A DNA stretch of 6,809 bases from Vitrella brassicaformis CCMP3155 (GCA_001179505.1 CDMY01000998.1:1-6809); one strand, 5' to 3'. Positions 1-6,809 are shown, numbered from the stretch's first letter. A program made the numbers and translations. Notes: generated from the sequence alone by a model not told the origin.

Positions 1-51
1 GACGAACCACTGCGAGCTTGTGAGCTAGGGTATATTGCTCTGTAACGGGTG

Positions 52-76
52 AAAAAAAAAAAAAAAAAAAAAAAAA
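52..76 (+). repeat. Poly(A) tract, 25 nt (possible tail of a retroposed sequence lying mostly upstream of the window)
   Basis: Uninterrupted A run at 52-76 in otherwise GC-rich DNA. The tract is certain; the retroposon-tail reading is inference. Confidence 0.9.
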
Positions 77-171
77 TTCTGAGGAGACACGATCTTATCA
101 GCCATCACCGAAGTGAGATCCTCTATTCAGCTAACTACAGGAAAGGTCCTCACCGGCCTTTTTCGCACACT

Positions 172-224
172 TGTCTCATGGTGTCGCCTGTGCTTTCAGC
201 ACCATTTATGACCACCATGAGACA
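172..224. repeat. Short inverted repeat / stem-loop
   Basis: TGTCTCATGGTG (172-183) is the exact reverse complement of CACCATGAGACA (213-224); the 29-nt spacer contains a second mini-stem GTGCT-TTC-AGCAC. Confidence 0.75.
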
Positions 225-353
225 CCAGGGAGACGAGAGCAAAGAGGATGTACTTGCGGGTAAGCGAGGCAGCCACTCGACCAGCGGCCGTACGTGTTCA
301 GCTTTTCGGCTGTCTTTGTACGCAGCCCCCCTGCTTCTTCTCTGCGTTCCCGA

Positions 354-776
354 TGTTGAAGACCCAGTCTTTGTGGGCAGGAGATTTGCCGTGTGTCGTG
401 AAGACGGATCTCTCATGGTTTCGCCCGCGCGTTCCGCTCCAGTCCGTCTGTGTGTCTCTTCCGTGTCATCCGCCTTACAAGACGCAGCCGTATCCGACGT
501 TCTATCTCAGTGCCTCGATGTCGACCGTTACCTTCCATCTGGTGTGAAGCTTCTGCTACCCCTGCGACGTCAGCGCCCACAGAAACAGCGGTCGCTGCAG
601 CAGCTGGGCTGCTCCACATCGTGCGTCACTGCAAATCGCACATCAGCCGGACCGGACTGATGGGGCGGAGGCGGTCTCGGCCTTCTTCAAGCTTGACTAT
701 ATGTGTTTATATATATACGAGCTGACTGTGTGTCTCTAAGGCTTCGTCATTTATTTATTGTCCGTAGCCGACAACA
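354..776. mobile_element. Possible solo LTR (423 bp), copia-like termini
   Basis: Begins TGTTGAAGA (354) and ends CAACA (772-776), the TGTTG...CAACA termini typical of copia LTRs; has a TATA-like run and T-rich motif near the 3' end. No matching TSD (CCCGA vs GATAA), PBS or PPT, so weak. Confidence 0.3.
662..760 (+). promoter_or_regulatory. GC-box-like GGGGCGG (662-668), TATATATATA (708-717) and TTTATTTATT / antisense AATAAATAAA (~750-759) cluster
   Basis: Motifs read directly; it is the only strongly AT-rich island nearby. Function is inferred. Confidence 0.25.
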
Positions 777-817
777 GATAATGTCTTTCGCACCTGCAGG
801 GCTCCCCCTCCTTGCAG

Positions 818-1540
818 CCTGTTCATCTCACTGAGATGGATTCCCTGCACGGCCTGTTCCTGTCAAGGCAGATCCTACTTGCTTTCGTAGGCATACCTGC
901 ACATAAGAGAGAGAAGGCACACAATCGGCCTCTGCTGTCCAGCAGTCCCTCCTTACCCGAAGTAGGCAAGCTGTCTATGGTCGCCACAGTGTGGGTCCTT
1001 TCCAGGAATTCTGACACCTCGGATCCTGACTGCGGCAGTCTTGCCTCCCGCTCTCATGCTACATCGCTCCTTATTATCCAGGACCGCCTTGGACTCGCTC
1101 ATGGCATTTCCGCTCTTCGGGTCCACACGCCAGATCTAGATTGGCCCATGATTGACCTCTCTCCGCCCATTGATCAAATCTGTATGGGCGTACGCACACA
1201 AGTAAGGTGCTGGTACGCCATGTGCGTTGGGCCCACCAGAAGAAGACTGCCGACAGTGTATCCACGAGCTCGTCAAGTTCTCCCAGGTCGATATCCACTT
1301 CCTCTCCCGCGTCGATGCACACTGTCCCAAAAGCAGCCCCGGCGGGATGCTTCAGACCCTTCTCATCGAAGCGCTGGGCCTTCAACACGGCTTCCCCCCC
1401 CACAACCTGAGGTCAGAGCCGACGAGTGATCAATGCAGCCCTGTCTGTTTGTCTGTCTGTCTGTCTGTCTCCAAGTGTTCTTGCCTGTCAAAGCCATGAG
1501 TGCTCTTTCCGTTGTCAGTCATGAAGTCGGTCTGCAATAG
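818..1540 (+). pseudogene. Candidate spliced gene fragment of unknown function (exons 818-886, 1082-1201, 1257-1411, 1519-)
   Basis: Canonical AG/GT borders with compatible phases: ccttgcag|818..886|gtaggc, ttatccag|1082..1201|gtaagg, gacag|1257..1411|gtcaga, ccgttgtcag|1519. Spliced reading: PVHLTEMDSLHGLFLSRQILLAF-DRLGLAHGISALRVHTPDLDWPMIDLSPPIDQICMGVRTQ-CIHELVKFSQVDIHFLSRVDAHCPKSSPGGMLQTLLIEALGLQHGFPPHNLS-HEVGLQ*. Exon 3 is strongly C-ending. No family recognised; TAG at 1538 and TGA at 1580 follow. Confidence 0.35.
1441..1470 (+). repeat. (CTGT)n microsatellite, ~7.5 units with one C>T
   Basis: ctgtctgtttgtctgtctgtctgtctgtct; lies inside the putative intron 1412-1518. Confidence 0.9.
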
Positions 1541-1995
1541 TATGGCCACCATCATGATGCCTACAGGCGATACCCCAGTTGAGACCGATTTCAATTTCCA
1601 TCAAATCAGTCCACAGATATCCGGGTCGATGATGTCACTTCCGAAGCCAGACGACAAATACCTGCACATCACATGGGGAATCCATTGTCGCACAAGTGTC
1701 GATTCCGCTGCTTGTGTCTGGTGGCGGACCAGTCAGAGAAGAGTCCAGCGTATCCAGCCACAACAGGCGCAGAGAATGATGTATCAACATCGACTGATTC
1801 CAGCCTCCATCTCGCCCGTACATGCCAGTGTACACCCCCTACATGGGATGGGGGGCAGCCACACAACCAAAAGCACCGTGTCTGTATGTGTCCAATGTAC
1901 TAAGTACAAAACGTTTACTCGGGCTACTACATCCACAATGGTGCGCCCCGTCTCAGAGTCGCCCTGAGAGGAGAAACCCCTGAGAGGGAGGAATT

Positions 1996-2131
1996 CGCTT
2001 TCTTTGCAATCGGACTTTTTCTCATCTTGAAACGGACTCTTGCATGCCAGTCAACTGACGATCGAACTCATCGATGACTGAACGTATGTACAATGCATTC
2101 ACCCAAGGAACGTGAATGCGATGAGTCTTCC
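1996..2131 (+). repeat. Left terminal inverted repeat (~136 bp)
   Basis: CGCTTTCTTTGCAATCGGACTT...GATGAGTCTTCC aligns to the reverse complement of 3098-3231; contains reiterated CGGACT and TCATC motifs. Confidence 0.9.
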
Positions 2132-2172
2132 CCCAAGACACCTCCCCTGGCCTTCACTCACTATCTGCCTAC

Positions 2173-2424
2173 CTTCGTTCTTGTCGCTGGGGACTTTCTT
2201 GTCGCCGCAGAGCGCCTCGCTGGTCTGCATCGACTTGGCCTGGCTCAGGATCCACTGGACGAAGTTGGTCATGTGCGGCTGGCCGGCGTACCTTCCGCTG
2301 GTGTGTGTCGTTGTCCACCCCTCCTGCCCGCCCACTGTCAGAAAGCGGGTGAGCTGCTTCTTCCACAGAGACTTCTGCTGCAGGGCGGTCCTGTGCATCT
2401 TCTTCTCGGCTGCGTACAACCGAC
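2173..2424 (-). other. Exon-like cargo segment, 252 nt, phase 1/1, unknown protein
   Basis: Minus strand: acceptor TGTGTCCGTCGTTCAG before 2424 and donor GTAGGC after 2173. Length divisible by 3 and stop-free; reads RLYAAEKKMHRTALQQKSLWKKQLTRFLTVGGQEGWTTTHTSGRYAGQPHMTNFVQWILSQAKSMQTSEALCGDKKVPSDKNE with a strong C/G third-position bias. Confidence 0.55.
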
Positions 2425-2502
2425 CTGAACGACGGACACAACAAGCAACGACAATGCAATGGACAGATGGCCTGAGGTGTGGTGGTGTTCGCCTCTCTGA
2501 TG

Positions 2503-2797
2503 CCGCAGCGTGCTCCCGGTTCATTCCTTCACTCATCGCCCACCACATACAGACGACCCAGGGTCAAACCGAGGGGGGTCTGTTTCGTCTGACCGCCGGG
2601 CCGGCGGTCAGACGACATGGACCCCCCCTTGCGATCGACCACCTCAGATCAAAAAGAAGGGCCCTTTTGATCTGAGTTACCAGCACGCAAGGGGGGGGGG
2701 CCGGCGGTCAGACGAAACAGACGCCCCTCAGTTTGACCCTGGGTTGTCTGTATCTGGTGGGCGATGAGTGAAGGAATGGACCGGCAGCACTCTGCGG
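2503..2797. repeat. Nested palindrome: 97-bp inverted arms around a spacer with two more hairpins
   Basis: 2503-2599 vs reverse complement of 2701-2797: 90/97 identical by manual alignment. Internal perfect stems 2585-2599/2601-2615 (1-nt loop), 2622-2633/2686-2697 and 2643-2654/2665-2676. Confidence 0.92.
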
Positions 2798-3097
2798 TCG
2801 AAGTGGCCCACTTGTAGAAAGTCTTGACTGGGACGGGGAAGAGAGATCTCGTAGATGATGTAGCGGTACAAAATCACCAGCAACGCGACGACACGATGTG
2901 CGCCATCAGTCAATCGACCAGATGGGTGACACCATGCTTCTCGCCCCCCCAGCCGACGAGGGCCTCTGTAACCCAATGCTGAGCGAAGTTCTGCTCATTC
3001 TTGAGATATCGGATCGCATCACCCACCTGTACCCACAGACACACCCACGCGCCACAAAGGAATGGATGACTTGCCGCACGGACCCATCATTGTGTGT

Positions 3098-3231
3098 GGA
3101 AGAGTCATCGCATTCATGTTCCTTGCGTGAATGCATTGTGCGTCTATACGTTCGGTCATCGATGAGTTCGATCGTCATGGCAGGCAGAAGTCCGTTTCGC
3201 GATGAGAATAAGTCCGATTGCAAAGAAAGCG
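3098..3231 (-). repeat. Right terminal inverted repeat (~134 bp)
   Basis: Reverse complement aligns with 1996-2131. Confidence 0.9.
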
Positions 3232-3717
3232 AATTGAGGGATATGACACGATTGGACTGATTATTCCTGATCGATGTTGGGCTTACGGCACTCCAGATCC
3301 TTCCCCGCACTCCGTTGTCCTTTGCAAGTCATGTAGCTATGCTTCCCACCGTCAGGACTGCATGGCCTGCAGAGTCCAGACAGTGGCAGGCAACCCCCAC
3401 GCGTAACCCGGTGCAGCCCTGTTCCAGGGCTAGCCGCAGTACATCGATCACGGCCATCTCTGTCTCTGTGTCCCGCATAACCACTCGCTGTTACCAACAG
3501 CTTGCCATCTGAGACACCGGGAGTGACGGTATCTCTGTACGTGTGAAGAATGAGTTTCCGATCCGACTTCCCAAATCGGTGCCGAGACAATCATCCGGGT
3601 ACGAACTGATGCAAACGACGAGTCAAATCCATTGGTCTGGTGGTGAGATAGACGGCATTTCACACCTCAGTGTGAGCCCGTTTCCAATCGGGTCCGTAGC
3701 ATTGTATTCGTCGACAG

Positions 3718-3980
3718 CTTGATGACATCGCCGGCAGCCAATCCGGCGACATTTGTGGCATGCTCTGCTTCATCAGCTTCATCGTCACGACCTGCTGTGC
3801 GAGGAGTAGCGGCGCATCATCGCCAGCGTCAAGATCACCGTCGACCGAGTAGTCAACCTGGCGCACCTGGGCGTCTACCCGGCCACCACCGATCCAGACG
3901 GCAAACGGATCGACCTCTACTGGGTGGAGGAGGGAAAAGGCGGGAAAAGGCATGCTCGGCGACGTCACCCTGTTGCCAGA
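3718..3980 (+). pseudogene. Decayed exon-like segment of unknown origin directly abutting the copia fragment
   Basis: After acceptor-like ttcgtcgacag (3717), C/G-ending codons read LDDIAGSQSGDICGMLCFISFIV / HDLLCEE*RRIIASVKITVDRVVNLAHLGVYPATTDPDGKRIDLYWVEEGKGGK / GMLGDVTLLPD. This needs a 1-nt loss at ~3785, TAG at 3807-3809 and a 1-nt gain at ~3948. Confidence 0.35.
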
Positions 3981-3982
3981 CC

Positions 3983-5728
3983 TACAACAACCACAACAAC
4001 AACCACAACAACAGAAGGAACGGCAATCAGTGGAACTCATCAGGGGCGCCTTTCCGCGCCTACCCGAGTGGCAATGGGGGACATCAAGGAGGCAGCGGTG
4101 GACGCCAGCAGCAGCCTCTCGTTCGTCACGACAAGGACGGAGATGTCATCATGAATGCCACGCGCACGAACGGCACGGGCAACCGTAATCGGCGCATTCA
4201 CACGAATCAACTCGACGGGTGTGAGCAGATAAACGACACCTACGAGCAAAGAGAAATCGACCTGGAAATGGTGGGAACCGTCACGGACGTTGAGTGCGAG
4301 GAAGAGGTGGTCAACGTCAGTGGTGTGTCTGTGAGACCTACCTCCATGATGATCGATTCAGGAGCCGGCAAGACATGCTGTCACCAGCAGTTTCTCTTCA
4401 ACGACATCGAACCACTTGACCGACACATCAAGATCGTCATGGCCGATGGCACGTCCGTACCGGCCAGAGGAGTTGGCCGCATCAAGTACACCTGCAAAGA
4501 GGTCAACAACGGCAAGAAGACCGTGTGTGTGGATGGTGTGCTGTATGTGCCTGATCTGAAGTTCAACCTCCTCTCCGTCGCTCACCTGGTGGATCAATAC
4601 TGCATCGAGTTTCTTATTGGCCCCGGTGCAGCCCACATGACCGCAACAAGGAGAGGAGACCGCTACCCGCTGGTCAGACGTGGTCGTTTCTGTTACCTGG
4701 ACATCTACAGGAATGCCAACGACTGCCCCGTCTACTCACAGCCACGTGCCCTGCCGGCAGCAGAGTACACGACAGCCACAGCAACAGAAAGAATCATCGA
4801 CTCGAGTGGTGATGATGGCGCGTTTCCCTGTTCACCTGCTGATGAAGGTCACAAGCAAACAGGAGCAATGGTGGCCGAGGTCATCAGTGAGGAACTTGCC
4901 CATAAGCGCTTCCTCCACTACCACGACGCAGCCGTCGACCGACTTTCTGAGGTCTGTCGCAACGCACCTGTGGTCAAGAAAGGCAAGAAGAATGAGGGAG
5001 AGCAGCGCAAGTGCGAGGTGTGTGTCCAAGCCAAGATGAAGATTCGTCCGTACCTGAACAATGCATTCCGGCATTCGTCACCCGGTGATCTGGTGCACGT
5101 CGACCTGGCGCAGATCAAGCAACTCAGCGAGAGAGGATTCAAGTACCTGATGGTCGTGGTGGACGACCACAGCCGTTATGTGCAGGCCTACTTTCTCAAA
5201 AAGAAGTCCATCGCACCGAAGGCATTTATGCACTACTGCACGGCCATCCGCATGCCCAACGCAGTGAGGACCGACGGAGGGGCCGAGCTCATCGCCGGCA
5301 CATGGAAGGCATTCTGCGAGCAGCACCAGATACGCCAAGAACAAAGCCTACCGCACCATCAGTCACAAAACGGCGTGGCAGAACGAACGATTGGTGTGAT
5401 TTGTCAGCTGACCCGTGCAGCACTCTTTCAATCCGGCCTTCCCTCATCTTATTGGTGTTTTGCTGCGAAAACCGCCACCTACATCAAGAATCGAATGCCA
5501 ACGAAAAGAAATCCATCAGAGAAGACGCCATTTGAGCTTTTCTGGGGTTACCCGCCATGCATCAGGCATATCCGCACATTCGGCGCAAGAGCCTATGTGC
5601 GTCAGCGCAAGGACCAGAGGGGCAAGCTGGGTCCACGGGCGAAGTTGGGTATCCTCGTCGGCTTCGACCCCAACACGAAGGATGGTTATGTGGTGTGGTT
5701 CCCTGATGATCGTCAATTCGTCATGTAA
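3983..5728 (+). pseudogene. pol: Copia polyprotein: gag C-terminal remnant, aspartic protease and integrase, ending at a premature TAA
   Basis: Protease IDSGA (DSGA 4355-4366); VLYVPDLKFNLLSV beta-barrel motif; HHCC zinc finger (H4901, H4916, C5012, C5021); catalytic D (VHVDL, 5102), D (RTDGGAE, 5273), E (QNGVAER, 5381) with D-35-E spacing; TFGARAYV..GKL..GILVGF C-terminal motif. TAA 5726-5728 interrupts the consensus-like xRDVxxDE. Confidence 0.93.
3984..4013 (+). repeat. Imperfect (ACA)n / ACAACAACAACC repeat encoding NNHNNNHNN
   Basis: acaacaaccacaacaacaaccacaacaaca read directly; lies at the apparent start of copia-derived sequence. Confidence 0.85.
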
Positions 5729-6317
5729 CGAGACGTCGAAGTGGACGAGCACGTGTTTCCTGCAAAGGAGAAGCAACCAAGGGGACCACTAGGGATTGAT
5801 GTGGTGTACCCCCAGACGCCCGTCTCACCTGACGAGCAGACCGACCACCATCAAGACCACGATCGTGCCCAGCAACCTGAAGATGATCGACAGCATCAAG
5901 AAGATGAGTGTGTCGACCAACACAGCCAAGATCAAGAGCCTCACAGCTCTGCATCGCGCGAAGGACCGCCAGCAGCACCACCAGTACCGCCCGCCGCTCA
6001 AGATGCTCCAGATGCAGAAGAAGCCGCCGCTGATACCGATGGAGGTGCCGCTGACGACTATCGAGTCATTCGAGAGGAAATGGGGATAAAAAAGATGGAC
6101 GACAATGCCGAGCACCGAAGATCAGGCCGAAACCGCCTCATCCCTCGATGGCTGTACGAGGACAACATCTTTGCCGTCATCGAGCGCCTCTGTGTGGCTG
6201 ACGATGTGGACGCCACGATTCCCAGCCTGATCGTCGACACCGACGCCCCGGCAGAGGCCGCCGTCATCGCAACAGACCCGCCATCCACTTCCGATGTCAC
6301 AGCTCTTCGCATCGAAG
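5729..6317 (+). pseudogene. pol: Copia pol continuation: integrase tail and acidic/Pro-rich IN-RT linker (same frame as 3719-5728)
   Basis: Resumes RDVEVDEHVFP immediately after the TAA in the same frame; contains the RRSGRNRLIPRWL (RRSxR..P) motif typical of copia linkers. Confidence 0.85.
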
Positions 6318-6809
6318 GTTCCCAAGACCTACCAACAAGCAATGAACGCATTCGACGCCTGTCACTGGCAAGATGCGATGGATCGGGAGATGCAATCAGT
6401 CACTGACCTGGGTGTGTTCGAGTACGTACCCCGCTCTCAAGCGACCAGTCGGCCGATATCCTGTCGATGGGTGTACGCCCTGAAGCCTGACAAGTACAAG
6501 GCCCGCATCGTCGCCCGCGGATTCGAACAGGACAAGAACCAAGTGGAGGATGTGTTCGCCCCGACGCCCTCTTACCACGTCGTGCGAGCAGTCCTGGCCA
6601 TCGCCAATCAACTCGATTTGGAGATTCACCAAATGGACGTCAACACAGCATTTCTCAACGCGCCGCTCGACAAGCCAGTGTTCATGGAGTGCCCACCTGG
6701 ATACGAGCGCCCGAGATATGTTGTCCGCCGCCGGAAGGCCCTTTATGAACTCAAAGATGCCGCGCGCGCGTGGAACTCACCCTCCACAACCAACTCCTGC
6801 ATCTCGGCT
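6318..6809 (+). pseudogene. pol: Copia reverse transcriptase N-terminal half (RVT_2 type), frameshifted
   Basis: Frame starting 6318 (absent from the ORF track because it runs off the end): VPKTYQQAM..HWQDAMDREMQS..RWVYALKPDKYKARIVARGFEQ..FAPT..IHQMDVNTAFLNA..FMECPPGY..KALYELKDAARAWN. A further 1-nt loss at ~6776 restores LTLHNQLLHLG. Confidence 0.95.

Larger units (their letters stand above)
1996..3231. mobile_element. Non-autonomous TIR DNA transposon, 1236 bp, AATT target-site duplication (Sola1-like by inference), carrying cargo
   Basis: Left TIR 1996-2131 and right TIR 3098-3231 are inverted copies (first 22 bp identical, roughly 85% overall by manual alignment, 2 small indels). AATT at 1992-1995 and 3232-3235. 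No transposase ORF inside. Confidence 0.75.
3983..6809 (+). mobile_element. Ty1/copia LTR retrotransposon, 5'-truncated, inactivated, runs off the window end
   Basis: Domain order protease-integrase-RT is diagnostic of Ty1/copia (Pseudoviridae); GKL motif (RGKLGPRA) after the integrase core; no LTR/PBS upstream. Confidence 0.95.

Noticed and set aside
79-145. CTGAGGA ... GAAA as a hammerhead ribozyme core (also CTGACGA at 2055-2061 in the left TIR)
   Set aside because: No stem II closing onto CGAAA and no matching stems I/III; the TIR motif is not conserved in the right TIR.
49-660. 203-aa ORF starting with poly-Lys
   Set aside because: GTG start plus the poly(A) tract; no domain motif or clear codon bias; chance ORF in GC-rich DNA.
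777-790. GATAATG after CAACA as a copia primer-binding site
   Set aside because: Only a partial match to GGTTATGGGCCC and none to TGGTATCAGAGC; no gag follows.
2503-2797. CRISPR array or independent MITE
   Set aside because: Repeats are inverted, not regularly spaced direct repeats; no target-site duplication flanks 2503/2797.
1996-3231. DIRS-type element (inverted LTRs plus internal complementary region)
   Set aside because: The internal palindrome is not complementary to the TIR ends, and no tyrosine recombinase or RT remnant is visible inside.
1984-3243. 8-bp hAT-like TSD GAGGGAGG / GAGGGATA
   Set aside because: Only 6/8 match in purine-rich low-complexity flanks; the exact AATT/AATT explanation is simpler, though not proven.
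3218-3406. 62-aa ORF with CKSC-x8-CMAC as a zinc finger
   Set aside because: Starts inside the right TIR, overlaps a more coding-like alternative frame, and has no supporting context.
5726-5728. Programmed readthrough or ciliate-type TAA/TAG=Gln code
   Set aside because: Only one TAA in ~2.8 kb of pol while CAA/CAG are used freely; it falls inside a conserved integrase-tail motif and is one substitution from TCA or CAA.
6310-6325. Programmed +1 ribosomal frameshift between IN and RT
   Set aside because: Copia recoding, where present, is at the gag-pol boundary; no Ty1 CTTAGGC-type site here, and the copy has other inactivating lesions.
4040-6632. Numerous minus-strand and alternate-frame ORFs over the copia region
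   Set aside because: Shadow ORFs of GC3-rich coding sequence with no independent motifs.

Overview
Eukaryotic, GC-rich, transposon-riddled DNA with short GT-AG introns; no prokaryotic genes, RNA genes or CRISPR arrays are supportable. The style (C/G-ending codons, (CTGT)n-type introns) suggests a chromerid/alveolate-like protist such as Vitrella, but that is only a guess. Right part (~3983-6809): a 5'-truncated, inactivated Ty1/copia LTR retrotransposon with domain order gag tail-PR-IN-RT, one premature TAA and two opposite 1-nt frameshifts; no 5' LTR/PBS precedes it. Middle (1996-3231): the most unusual object, a 1236-bp non-autonomous element with ~135-bp terminal inverted repeats flanked by AATT on both sides (Sola1-like 4-bp target duplication, by inference). 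It carries a splice-site-bounded 252-nt exon-like cargo and a 295-bp nested palindrome that can fold in two mutually exclusive ways. Background (~818-3980): scattered, phase-compatible exon-like segments of a decayed + strand gene of unknown function that both elements appear to have interrupted. Left end: a 25-nt poly(A), a small hairpin and a possible TGTTG...CAACA solo LTR.
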